From: the human T2T-CHM13v2.0 reference genome, Homo sapiens
NCBI RefSeq assembly: GCF_009914755.1
Contig: NC_060929.1
Length of the DNA: 64,000 nt
Reading direction: 5' to 3' (one strand)
In this document: piece by piece, positions 34,318 to 52,088 of the stretch
Position numbering within the stretch: position 1 is the first letter of the stretch
Layout: each line of letters begins with the position of its first letter
Notes under the pieces: generated by a model
Told to the model about the DNA's origin: nothing
Databases searched by the model: none
Seen by the model: the letters and a program-made list of their open reading frames with translations, nothing else
Program-made: the position numbers and the translations under genes

Positions 34318-37300
34318 TAGCTGGGATACAGGCATGCGCCACCATGCCTGGCTAATTTTGTTATTTTTAGTAGAGACGGGGTTTCTCCATGTTGGTCAGG
34401 CTGGTCTTGAACTCCTGACCTCAGGTGATCCACCCGCCTCGGCCTACCAAAGTGCTGGGATTGCAGGAGTGAGCCACCGTGCTCAGCCGGATTTCTTTCC
34501 TTTTAAAGGCTGAATAATGTTCCATTTATTGTATGTATATGCCATATTTTGTTTATCCATTCATACTTTTTTTTTTGGAGGGGACAGAGTCTCTGTTGTC
34601 CAGGCTGGAGTGCAGTGGTGCGATCTTGGCTCACCACAACCTCTGCCTCCCAAGCTCAAAACGATTCTCCTGCCTCAGCCTCCTGAGTAGCTGGGATTAC
34701 AGGTGTGCGCCACTACCACCCGGCTAATTTCTTTATTTTTAGTAGAAACGGGGTTTCACCATATTGGCCAGGCTGGTCTCTAACTCCTGACCTCAAATGA
34801 TTCACCTGCCTCAGCCTCGAAAACTGCTGGGATTACAGGCGTGAGCCACCACGTCTGACCTATCCATTCATATGTTGATGGACGTTTGGATTATTTCCAA
34901 GGTATGCTACTTTTTTATAGCTCTTAAAATTTTTCCAAATTCCTCTCCAGAAATGTACTTTATCATCACCTGTGGTACATCAGGGTATTTTCCACTTTAG
35001 ACATTCTTGATCTATTGTCTGAGTACTTGAAGTGGTGTGACTGTAGGCTGACTGTTGAATGAAGCTGAAAGGGGGGTTTTAATAGCAGGTCACAAACTTG
35101 GATAGAAGAGGAGATGTCTCTCGGGCTGGTTGGATATATAATAAGTTCTGGAAGGCCACATGCTGGTGATGATGTCATCCAGAAAGGGTTTGGTACTGAA
35201 TTTCTGTTCAGGAACGTTCCTTGTCAGGGATGTTAGGGATCTGCCTTGTCAACTGTAGTCCTTCGTCAGCCTCTTCAGAAGTTGATGCCCACTTAGCTCT
35301 TGAAGCAGGTGTTCTAAGTAAATAATATTTTGTACTCTTATATTCTGTGGATTAGTTGTAGGTACATGCTGTTGTGAAAATAAATTCATTTGACTTCTCT
35401 GTATCTTGATTGTGGAGGTGATCACACAACTGTTATTTATTTTTTTTGAGACAGAGTCTCACCCTGTCGCCCAGTCTGGAGTGCAGTGGCATGATCTCGG
35501 CTCACTGCAACCTCCACTTCCTGAGTTCAAATGATTCTCCTGCCTCAGCTTCCTGAGTAGCTGGGATTTGCAAGCATGTGTCACCACGACCTGTTTAATT
35601 TTTGTACTTTTAGTAGAGACGGGGTTTCACCATTTTGGCCAGGCTGGTTTTGAACTCCTGACCTCAAATGATCCGTCCGCCTCCTAAAGTGCTGGGATTG
35701 CGGGCTTTAGCCACTCACCTGGCCCACACAGCTGTTTTTAGATTGGTATACGAGAGAGTGAATTTTATTGTGCATAAAAGGTGGAAAAATGAACAGGTAA
35801 AAAAATTTACTCAAAAAAATTTTGGGGGTGAGTTTGGCCTTCTATATGGAGATAATAAATAAGTAGTGAAAAACATGAACCCAATTATTCTTTCTACCTT
35901 CTCTGCCCAAATCATTTTTTTCTCAAGTGACCAAAACCACACACTTTGAGGTCTTTTTGTTGTTGTTGATACAGGGTCTCACTCAGTCATCCAGGCTGGA
36001 GTGCAGTGGTGCAATCACACCTCACTGCAGCCTTGACCTCCCGGGTTGAAAGTGATCCCCTCACCGCAGCCTCCTATGGAGCTGGGACTACAGGCGCCTG
36101 CCACAATGCCTGGCTAATTTTTGTGTTTTCTGTAGAGACAGAGTTTCACCGTGTTTCCCAGGCTGGTCTCAAACTCCTGAGCTCAAGTGATCCACCTGCC
36201 TTGGCCTCCCAAAGAGCTGAGATTACAGGCGTGACCCACTGCGCCTGGCCCACTTTGAAGTCCTAAAGAAATTTAGGTTATTATTCTATGCATGTTGGAG
36301 GATTTAAGTCTTATTAGCAGCTTCTGTTTTCTGTAAGGAAAAAGTTAAAACACATCTGGAAGAGTCTCATAGAGCAGCACTTTCTGAAACTTGCCTGGGT
36401 ACCAGTATGCCTGCTTCCAGACCTTGAAGATATTACATGTACTGCTTGGTGATCTGCCCTGTCCCCCACATGTTGTGGGCCTGGATTGAATGGACTGAAC
36501 AGTGTGGGGAATTAGTCCAGCGTGACTTGCCTTGTCTCATGCTGTTTGCTCACTTGTGAGAGCACTATACTGAATTATCCATTATTGAAAGTTCCAAGTG
36601 TGCAAAGAACCACACTTCAAAAATAAAATGTCAACATTGCCCTTTCTCTGTTAGAGCCTTAAATGTTCATTATTTTCTTTAGTTTTTTTTTATAACTATC
36701 AAACTTATTTTTCTCCATGTGGAAGTATGCCACAACTCCATTTCTAATGGAGCTTGAAATTAGCATGTATTTCCACTTACTTGTTGATGGGCTGTCATCG
36801 ATCAACCCCTCTTTTTGATTGGGATTTAATTTGTGGTTTTTTTTTTTTACCAGCTGTAAGTTTGGAGTAATGCATGTAATGTAAATACAGTTCACAGGGC
36901 AACTTCGGATGTTCTAAATACTTGTAACATTTGCTCATTTTGAACAATATTGTATGAGTAGTGTGAAGTGATTTTTAAAATGTCTGTCATTTTTTTCATG
37001 TTCCCATTTTATTAAAAGGAGGGATGGAACTATATTGTGGAAGCTAATGTAATTTTTGTCTCTAAGAGGTTTTTTTTTCTTTTTAGACTAAAAGGGCTTA
37101 ACAGAAGAAAAATTTATCTTTCTTAATTGCTAATTTAAAGGCTAATTTTTTCCCTAGATTGCTTAGTTTTGACTATTTGATTCCATCATATCAAGCTGTG
37201 AATTTCCTTCATTTTCTTGTTTTGAGGTTTCATTATTAAATATTGTCAAAAATAAGTGGCTCATCAACTCTCTTGAAAGTGTCTTATTGCTATGTTTTTT

Positions 37301-38045
37301 TTTGTCAGTATTTGACATTCTGAATTGAAGATGTGAGTTGGAAACCTGGTTAATTACCAAGTTACATAATCCTGTATTTATTAACTAGGTTAGACTACAT
37401 ACAGACTGTTCTTGAAAATGAAAGTGCTGTTATAACTCAGAAAACACATTCACTATGGCCCATTTCAAGTTAATTGAAGGATTGAGCCTTTGATAGTGCA
37501 TTTGCCCTGTGCGGCTCTGTTACATGCATTCTTTCTAGGCAAAGATGCATTGTTACCATTCTCTCATGGTATGTTGAATATTTCATTAGATTCAATATTT
37601 CAATATTAATCCAAGCTTTTTTTTTGAGACAGGGTCAAGCCATCCTCCCACCTCAGCCTTCTGAATAGCTGGGACCATAGGTGTGTACTACGACACCCAG
37701 CTAATTTTTTACATTTTTAGTAGAGACAGGTCTCACCATATTGCTTAGGCTGATCTTTGAACTCCTGAACTCAAGCGATCTGCCCACCTTGGCCTCCAAA
37801 GTGCTAGGATTACAGGCATGTGCCACTGTGCCTGGCCTGAGTTTACAATCCAAATTCTAAATCATGGTTTGTGAAATATGATGGTGCAGTGAATAAGCTA
37901 GAGGCTAAAAGGGAGAAGCATGTTACTATTACTGATGAAACAGTGTTTGTGGGTTTTATATTCCTGGGGATCTCTAAATTGGCAAAAGGTTTCATGAGGG
38001 ATTCATTTGTTGTCATTCTCTTGCGTCTGTGGACCTGGGTTATCA

Positions 38046-38843
<798 letters not shown>

Positions 38844-39170
38844 TTATTAGAGACGGGGTTTCTCCATGTTGGTCAGGCTGGTCTCGAACTCCTGACCTCA
38901 GGTGATCCGCCCACCTCAGCCTCCCAAAGTGCTGGGATTATAGGTGTGTGCCACTGTACCTGGCCAGATGACATTTATTTCGGGTCTTTAAGACCAGTGA
39001 AAGATGTGATGTTTTCTAGTTGCTTTGAGTTAGTCTAAAGCAGTAATTTGCTGTATCTCTCTCTTTTTTTTTTTTTTTTTTTTTTGAGATCTCGCCCTGT
39101 CGCCCATGCTGGAGTGGGAGTGCAGTGATGCGATCTCTCTTCACTGCAGCCTCTGGCTCCAGGATTCTAG

Positions 39171-39776
<606 letters not shown>

Positions 39777-39830
39777 TAATGTGTAAGCCACCATTGCTAA
39801 CCCCAGGAAATTTATGAACTCAGGAGATCA

Positions 39831-39923
<93 letters not shown>

Positions 39924-39926
39924 TCA

Positions 39927-40172
<246 letters not shown>

Positions 40173-41809
40173 TTATACCCACTTTTTGCTAATCTGTCAT
40201 GAGAGATGTTTCTTATTTCTTTGTGCATAGAGCAGTTGAGCTAATTCAGTTAAACATGTATAGAGTGTTAGATTAGATGAAAGTTACCATGATCAAAAAA
40301 CTCGAAAGAGCTCTCAGTTTCATGGGAGACACACATACACACACACAGATAATAGTGCTATGTGACAAGTGCTGGGGGAACATGGTATGTTGTGTCTCTT
40401 TGTGAGGCAGAGATGACAGATGTCTGAGTCTTGAAGGAAAATTGTAGCTTTCCAGTTTGAGAAGACTTGAAGGGTGCTCTGGGCAGAGGAACAGTCTTGT
40501 GTATAGATCTGGAGGCATGCAGGTGCATTGGGGAATATTTTCTTGGAGTGGAGACAGGTGATAAGGCTGACAGGCTAGAGTAGGCGAGGCTTGTAGGAGT
40601 TTTTGGCTTCATCCTGTATGTGGTGGGGAAGCAATACCATGTTTTGTTTTTTTTTTTTTTTCAGAGGGAGTGACCCAATGATAATGATAACTGGGGCTCC
40701 CTGGAGAATGATTGGAAATTAGAAGACACCTTGATATTCTCAACCAGAGATAACAGAGCCCTGAGAGCAGGAAGGGGGTTAGTAGGGTGAGTGAGGTGTT
40801 TACTGAGGTACGGAGGAGAAAGAAAATGAGGCTAGAGTCTCATTCTAGGGACCTGGATTGGTGGAACTTTGGTCAGCGGAGAAGGGGAAGGCCACAGGGG
40901 GAATGCAGTGGAGTATAGAGGGGATGCTTGGTTTGGGGCTCATGGAGTTTGAGGAACTCAGCTTTGCAGTTAAGTGCAGGGAGAAGCCCTATACTTGTGA
41001 AAATGCAGCTCTGGTGAAGGCATGTCTCGTCACTTCCCACCTTCACTGTGGTAACGGGAAGAGGTGGGGTTTGCTCCTTTACCTTTGTTTTTTAGGGGGC
41101 AGAGGGAAGGGGTTGTTTCAGTGTTGCTCAAGTAGTTGTTATGAACAGTAAGAATACAGTGGGTCCAAATATTTTTAAGATAGGAAGAATAAAGCTGAAC
41201 CCTCCAATGTCTTCTGAATTTCATAACTTTTCTTTCTTTCTTTTTTTTGAGACAAGAGTCTCGCTCTGTCGTCCAGGCTGGAGTGCAGTGGCGTGATCTT
41301 GGCTCACTGCAAGCTCCTCCTCCCGGGTTCACGCCATTCTCCTGCTCAGCCTCCCGAGTAGCTAGGACTACAGGCGCCCGCCATCACGCCTGGCTAATTT
41401 TTTGTATTTTTTAGTAGAGACAGGGTTTCACTGTGTTAGCCAGGATGGTCTCGATCTCCTGACCTTGTGATCTGCCCACCTTGGACTCCCAAAGTGCTGG
41501 GATTACAGGCATGAGCCACCGCGCCAGGCTGAATTTCTTAGCTTTTCTTTCAGCTTATTATCTGCCACTTCACTGTGCATCCTCTATTTTTCACTCACTG
41601 TGGTTGCCGGAAGGTGCTGGTGTTCTTTGGCGCCATTGTCCTTCACAACCTGAAACAGCCTCCCTGCCCTCAAACAGTACGTCAGATACTCAGTGAGTCC
41701 TTCCTGACTATTTGGGGACCGTCTTTTGGGTGCCCCTGGAGCACTTAGAACATTATACCTTCTATCGTATTATAACTCTTTTCCTGTATAGACTGTTGTA
41801 AGCATTTTC

Positions 41810-43080
<1,271 letters not shown>

Positions 43081-43431
43081 TACAGTGATCTGCTAGCAAT
43101 TTCCAATTCATCTAGCATCTAGCAGGATCTGACATCTAGCAGGATCCCAGAACTGATAATTCGTCAGTCATTGATGAATGAATGACTGAATAGGTCATCC
43201 AGGATATATACCACAAGTTTTAGAGGCCATTCTTTCTTGTTTTCTTTCTTTTTTTTGTTTTGATTTTTGTAGAGATGAGGTCTTCCTATGTTGCCCAGGC
43301 TGGTCTGGAACTCTTGGGCTCAAGTGATCCTCCCGCCTTGGCCTCCAAAGTTCTGGGATTACAGGTGTGAGCCACTGAGCCTGGCTCCTTCTTGTTTTCC
43401 TGCTCAGTCTGGGTAACTTCTCAGACTCTAG

Positions 43432-43743
<312 letters not shown>

Positions 43744-43746
43744 TGA

Positions 43747-44243
<497 letters not shown>

Positions 44244-44866
44244 TAGTCACGAACTCTGATCTCAAGTGATCCGCCTGCCTTGGCTTCCCAAAGTGCTGGG
44301 ATTACAGGTGTGAGCCATCGTGCCCGGTGATACTTTTATTTTTTAAAAAATGATTTTTGGTTCAAGGAAGTCAGTTCGGTCCAATTGTTCTAAAACAAAA
44401 ATGTCTTCTGTATTTTCTTTTTTCTCTTGTGCCTCCAGTCCAGGTGCTTGTTTCACATTCTTTGCTTTTTAGACTAGTCATTCAGTCTCATGGAAACAGG
44501 GACTTCCTCTGTATCCATTATCAGTTGTTAGGAGGGCTTGATGCAGCTTTCTATTAAACACTCTTCCATTGTTAATGTTCTCAACTATAATACGATGGAA
44601 GCTGAGGAAATGAACATAGATATCCAGTCCATACAGCAAACTGTCACTTCACCCCAGGAGCTTGTTTTGTTTTCCTTCACTTGACCTCCTACTGCTTCTT
44701 GCCCTGTTCCAGCTACACTGGCCTTCTCTTTCTGTCAGTCCTTGAAGATACTGCCTCATCTGTGTTCCCTCTGCCTGGAATGCTCTCTTCCTCCAGATAC
44801 TCACTTGATTAGTTCTTTCCTGACTATTAGATTTTCGCTCAGATGTTGTCAAGACAGAAAGACCTC

Positions 44867-45250
<384 letters not shown>

Positions 45251-46952
45251 TCATACTGTCTTCTTTGTTTAGTTATTTATGCCATTATTGCAATGAAGGC
45301 TTCATGAAGGCAGGGTTCTTTTTTTCTTGTTGACTGCTTTCTGGGATAGTGACTATACAAAGGAGGCACTCATATTTGTGAGTGAAGGCTAAATGGTTGG
45401 CTGAATTTTTTTTTTTTGTTTACTTTTTGTCCTTTGATGAGTGCCTTTTGTTGTAGTGTCTCCTGATGCTTGTAGCACAGCAGTTCCAACTGCTCCCATT
45501 GCCTTTGGTGCCCTCAAGAAAAATAAGAAAAGGAGCAAAATAAAAATGATTCAAGTGTTTTATTATTATTATTTATTTATTTTTTGTATATTTTTGAAAC
45601 AGAATCTCCCCCATCACTCAGCCTGCAGTGTAGTGGCATGATCATGGCTCGCTGCAGCCTTGACCTCTTGGGTTCAAGTGATTCTCCCATCTCAGCCTCC
45701 TGAGACCACAGGTGTGCACCTCCATGCCCAGCTAATTTTTTTTTTCTTTTTAAAAGTTGTTTTTGTAGAGACGAGGCCTCTATGTTGCCCAGACTGGTCT
45801 TGAACTCCTGAGCTCAAGTGATCCTCCCACCTTGGCCTCCCAGAGTGCTGGGATAACAAGTCAGAGTGTGTCTTAATTATAAGTTACCTTGATTTTTTTG
45901 GCAGTTACCAGGAGATTTGAGAGTTGAGGTTCCAAAGGCTGTGTTAACTCTGCTTGATGCAGATGCAAGCTGGCATACCTGTGACAGCACTGAGTATTCC
46001 ACAATCTTCTGTCTTGTGCAGTGTGACAGTTAACGTTGCTTCGGGTACTTTTAATTTCTAAATTTCCTGATTTGCATTTAAACGAACCATCCTAACATTT
46101 CATTAAGTTAACTTTGCTGTTAAAAAAAAAATTGGCATTGAGTAGCATGGTTAAGGTAGTCTAAATCTGCCACAATATAATAATGAAAATTCAGGAGCAG
46201 ACACATTTTAAGCATGATTTGGCCATTCTTTTATAAGTGAATGCTGAACATCTTTGGAGAAGGTACGTAGTTCTTTGCACAAATGAGGCAGTTTGCCAGT
46301 TATCAGCCCCCTTGGTTCTGATAGAACTATGCTTTTATTTTCTCCTCATTGCTTCTCAATTTCTCTTTCTGTTGTAGATTGCTAGCTAAATGATTGCATC
46401 TCTGCCCCTTTCTGAATTTATAGCAAACTTTTGCTTTATAGCCAGGATTACCATTTATAAGGTAATGAAGACCAGATAAGTACAGTTTAACTGTTTATTT
46501 AGTTCCATTAAGCATGATCCCTCCTGGAAAAACCTAAGGTTGCTGTAATTCATTAAGGTTGGCTAGCTCTAGTAGGTTTTGTGATAGATCTTGCGAAGGA
46601 GTGCTCTGTAAGTTAATTGGAAAAGTAGAAACTGTCAAGAGTTTAAAAGTTATTTGTTTAGTTACTCTGAACAATACCATTAATTGTAGAGAACCAGAAG
46701 ATACGACTAAGATTAAGGCAGGAGCTTTGTCTTGGGAGGCTTGTAAATATTTGCAAATTATGTTGCATAAATTCAGCTCAACTAATACTATCTGCCCTGC
46801 ATAAAGCTCCCAGCCAGCAACTTACGGGATATAAAGAAACATAGGCATGGTTATCATCCTTACACTTAAAATATAGCTCTGAAGACCATATGCTAAACCT
46901 GAGAAAATTAAGTTTAATAAAACAATTCAATGGCTGTTGAGTGACAACATAA

Positions 46953-47100
46953 ATGAAAAGAGCACCAGAATTTCAGGACTAGAGGGATTTGGAGTATAGA
47001 ATTCAACTTCTTTCATTTTATAGATAGATGAAAAGAGCACCAGAATTTCAGGACTAGAAGGATTTGGAGTATAGAATTCAACTTCTTTCATTTTATAGAT
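46953..47100 (+). repeat. Tandem duplication, 75-bp period, 2 copies
   Basis: atgaaaagagcaccagaatttcaggactaga(g/a)ggatttggagtatagaattcaacttctttcattttatagat at 46953-47025 and 47028-47100; one mismatch. Confidence 0.95.
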
Positions 47101-47962
47101 GATAAAACCAAGGATCCAGAAAGGTGAAGTGACTTAATCAAAAGTCAGAGGATAAGTGACAGTGCTGGTTCCAGAAGCTGATGTTTCAAGTAGAACATGT
47201 TCTCTTTAGATTTTAAGATACTTTTATTTTTTGAAATCCTTTTAGGATTGGGATCACTAAAAACATGCCTTGGCTCTGTAGCATCATTTCATGATGTTCA
47301 GCGTCATTCTTGGCAGGACCCTGCGCTCATGAAACTTACACTGTAATAATGGCATAAATAAGTAAACAAAGAAGACGATACGAGCTAAAATAAAATTAAG
47401 CAGGGTAATAAGTAATGGAATTAGTAGGATCTTTAGAGTGCCTTTCTGTCATGACGGCATTTGAGCTGAAATCTGAAAGTTAGGAAAGAACTGGTCTTCT
47501 GAGGGAAGAGAGCATTCCAGGCAGAGGGAACACAGATGAGGCAGTGTCTTCAGGGACTTACAGAAAGAGAAGGCCAGTGTGACTAGAACAGGGCAAGAAG
47601 TAAGTGATCAAGTGAAGGAAAAAACAAAAACAAGCTCCTTGGCACTTTTGATTAAAGGTGCTATACAGGGCAGTCTGCTTGCATTATGGTTATTGAAAGT
47701 CTTGAAAATACACTGAGTTCTCAATTTTCAAGTGTTAGTGTATTTTAAGTTTCTTAATGTAAGTGAGTGATTAGAGTCCTTTGCCTTAACTCGTTTAGAA
47801 GCAGGATTAGGGAGGCTGAGTCTGGTGAATTAATTTTTTTTTTTTTTTTAGACAGAGTCTCACTCTGTTGCCCAGGCTGGAGTACAGTGGCAAGATCATG
47901 GCTCATTGCAGCCTCCACCTTCTTTGGCTGAAGCGATCCTCCTGCCTCAGCCTCCTGAATAG

Positions 47963-48181
<219 letters not shown>

Positions 48182-48663
48182 TAGTAGAGACAGGGTTTCA
48201 CCATGTTGGCCAGGCTGGTCTTGAGATCCCGACCTCAGGTGATCTGCCCACCTCAGCCTACCAAAGTGCTGGGATTTCAGGCATGAGCTACTGCGCCTGG
48301 CCTGTTTTTTATTTTTAAATTATTTGTAGAGATGAGGTCTCGCTATGTTGCCCAGGCTGGTCTTGAACTCCAGGGCTCAAGTGATTTTCCCATCGTGGCC
48401 TCCCAAAGTGCTGGGATTACAGGTGGGAGCCACCACACCTGGCTTTTTTTCTAATATTAAATAATTTATTTTTGCACAGTAAGACTTCTTGGAAGTTGTC
48501 ACTAACGTTAAAGTTGGGAGATTCCATGTAAAAATCTGCATCCCTGGCCTCTCTTGAAAAGTCAGATGGTCTGGAAACCCTGGATTTATGTGGTAAAGAT
48601 TGCCTGGAGTTGATGAACAAGTGGGCACAAGCTTTCTGATTTTGAAGTCCTGGCTCCTCCTAG

Positions 48664-48921
<258 letters not shown>

Positions 48922-49836
48922 TAGTAGAGACGGGGTTTCACCGTGGTCTTGATCTCCTGACCTCGTGATCCGCCCACCTCGGCCTCCCAAAGTGCTGGGA
49001 TTACAGGCATGAGCCACCGCGCCCGTCCTGTGCCACCTTTTTTAAGTTAAGAAGTAAGTGAAATTATTTGTACTCCAAAGTATCAAAATTAGGAAAACAA
49101 AAGACCAAGAATGTTTTTTGTTCAAGAAAAAAATGAAAGTCTTTTTTTGAGAAAGTGAAATAGTTATGTGTTGTACCTGTTTAATAATTAAACACAAATG
49201 TGACCACATATACCTAAATGTCTGCTTGCAGCTAGCTTCACTTAACTTTCCTCTTGGCTCTCTCCCTTTGCAACCCTGGAAGGTTCTGTGTTTTGTTTGT
49301 GTTAATGCAGTATCTCTGGAATGCTAGGATATGTAGGATCCATAGGGCAAATAGTTCTTCTGAAATGTCTTATCTGTGACATTTGATGACATTTGGTTGA
49401 GCTGTTGTCAAACCTTTAGCAATCTAGAGCATTCCATTTCCTAAGGTTCACTGACTTGGGTTGATCAGTTGAGTGGACAAATAACCTTTAAAAACCAAAG
49501 TGTAGGCCTGACGTCACATGAATGTAGACAGCAAATTCATCTACCTTCAATGAAACAGATGACTGGGACACAGGCATTCTGTGTTACCAGATTAGGCAAA
49601 TGCAGGTTCCTTTTGGCACCCCTATCTCTAGTGATTCTAGATTTGATGACAGTATAATGACAGTATAATGATGAAAATTCAGAAATTTAACATTGATACA
49701 ATGCTACTGTTTAATTCAGTACCCATAGTCAAATTTTGTCAATTGTCTCAATGTTTTTCCCTTTCTCAACACAATTTCAGTCCAGAATCACTGTGTTTAA
49801 GTCTCTTTAGCCTCCTTTAATCTGGAAATATTTCTT

Positions 49837-50146
<310 letters not shown>

Positions 50147-50162
50147 TCTGGAAATGTTTCTT

Positions 50163-52088
50163 TTTTTTTTTTTTTTTTTTTTTTATTGATCATTCTTGGG
50201 TGTTTCTCACAGAGGGGGATTTGGCAGGGTCACAGGACAACAGTGGAGGGAGGGTCAGCAGATAAACAAGTGAACAAAGGTCTCTGGTTTTCCTATGCAG
50301 AGGACCCTGCGGCCTTCCGCAGTGTTTGTGTCCCTGGGTACTTGAGATTAGGGAGTGGTGATGACTCTTAACGAGCATGCTGCCTTCAAGCATCTGTTCA
50401 ACAAAGCACATCTTGCACCACCTCAATCCATTCAACCCTGAGTGGACACACCACATGTTTCAGAGAGCACAGGGTTGGGGGTAAGGTCACCGATCAACAG
50501 GATCACAAGGCAGAATAATTTTTCTTAGTACAGAACAAAATGAAAAGTCTCCCGTGTCTGCCTCTTTCTACACAGACACGGCAACCATCCGATTTATCAA
50601 TCCTTTGCCCGCCTTTCCCCCCTTTTCTATTCCACAAAACCGCCATCGTCATCATGGCCCGTTCTCAATGAGCTGCTGGGCACACCTCCCAGACGGGGTG
50701 GTGGCCGAGCAGAGGGGTTCCTCACTTCCCAGTAGGAGCGGCCGGGCAGAGGCGCCCCTCACCTCCCGGACGGGGCGGCTGGCCGGGCGGGGGGCTGACC
50801 CCCCCACCTCCCTCCCGGACGGGGCGGCTGGCCGGGCAGAGGGGCTCCTCACTTCCCAGTAGGGGCGGCCGGGCAGAAGCGCCCCTCACCTCCCGGACGG
50901 GGCGGCTGGCCAGGCGGGGGGCTGACCCCCCCACCTCCCTCCCGGACGGGGCGGCTGGCCGGGCGGGGGGGCTGACTCCCCCACCTCCCTCCCGGGCGGG
51001 GCGGCTGGCCGGGCAGGGGGCTGACCCCCCCACCTCCCTCCCGGACGGGGCGGCTGGCCGGGCGGGGGGCTGACTCCCCCACCTCCCTCCCGGACGGGGC
51101 GGCTGGCCTGGCGGGGGCTGACCCCCCACCTCCCTCCCGGATGGGGTGGCTGCCGGGCAGAGACGCTCCTCACTTCCCAGACGGGGTGGCTGCCGGGCGG
51201 AGGGGCTCCTCACTTCTCATATGGGGCGGTTGCCAGGCGGAGGGTCTCCTCACTTCTCAGACGGGGCGGCTGGGCAGAGACGCTCCTCACCTCCCAGACG
51301 GGGTCGCGGCCGGGTAGAGGCGCTCCTCACATCCCAGACGGGGCGGCGGGGCAGAGGCGCTCCCCACATCTCAGACGATGGGCGGCCGGGCAGAGACGCT
51401 CCTCACTTCCTAGATGGGATGGCGGCCGGGAAGAGGCGCTCCTCACTTCCTAGATGGGATGGCGGCCGGGCAGAGACGCTCCTCACTTTCCAGACTGGGC
51501 AGCCAGGCAGAGGGGCTCCTCACGTCCCAGACGATGGGCGGCCAGGCAGAGACGCTCCTCACTTCCCAGACGGGGTGGCGGCCGGGCAGAGGCTGCAATC
51601 TCGGCACTTTGGGAGGCCAAGGCAGGCGGCTGGGAGGTGGAGGTTGTAGCGAGCCGAGATCACGCCACTGCACTCCAGCCTGGGCACCATTGAGCACTGA
51701 GTGAACCAGACTCCGTCTGCAATCCCGGCACCTCTGGAGGCCGAGGCTGGCGGATCACTCGCGGTTAGGAGCTGGAGACCAGCCCGGCTAACACAGTGAA
51801 ACCCCGTCTCCACCAAAAAAATACAAAAACCAGTCAGGCATGGCGGTGCGCGCCTGCAATCACAGGCACTCGGCAGGCTGAGGCAGGAGAATCAGGCAGG
51901 GAGGCTGCAGCGAGCTGAGATGGCAGCAGTACAGTCCAGCTTCAGCTCGGCATCAGTGGGAGACCGTGGAAAGAGAGGGAGAGGGAGACCGTGGGGAGAG
52001 GGAGAGGGAGAGGAGGGAGAGGGAGAGGAGGGAGAGGGGGAGGAGGGAGAGGGGGAGGAGGGAGAGGGGGAGGAGGGAGAGGGGGAGG
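50163..52088 (-). mobile_element. Full-length SVA retrotransposon (~1.9 kb), antisense in CTNNA1 intron 1; subfamily not determined (D-like)
   Basis: In + coordinates: poly(T) then SINE-R (~50185-50690), GC-rich VNTR (~50690-51590), Alu-like region (~51590-51960) and an AGAGGG-type hexamer head (~51970-52088). 13-bp TSD GGAAATGTTTCTT at 50150-50162 and 52089-52101. Confidence 0.96.

Noticed and set aside
43108-43146. Short direct repeat catctagcaggatc x2; similar micro-duplications at ~49646-49669 and ~17782-17799
   Set aside because: These are ordinary slippage duplications within old repeats, with no sign of function.
50690-51590. Regularly repeated ~35-50-bp units that superficially resemble a CRISPR-like array
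   Set aside because: The units are tandem GC-rich SVA VNTR repeats without unique spacers. The context is human and there are no cas-like genes.
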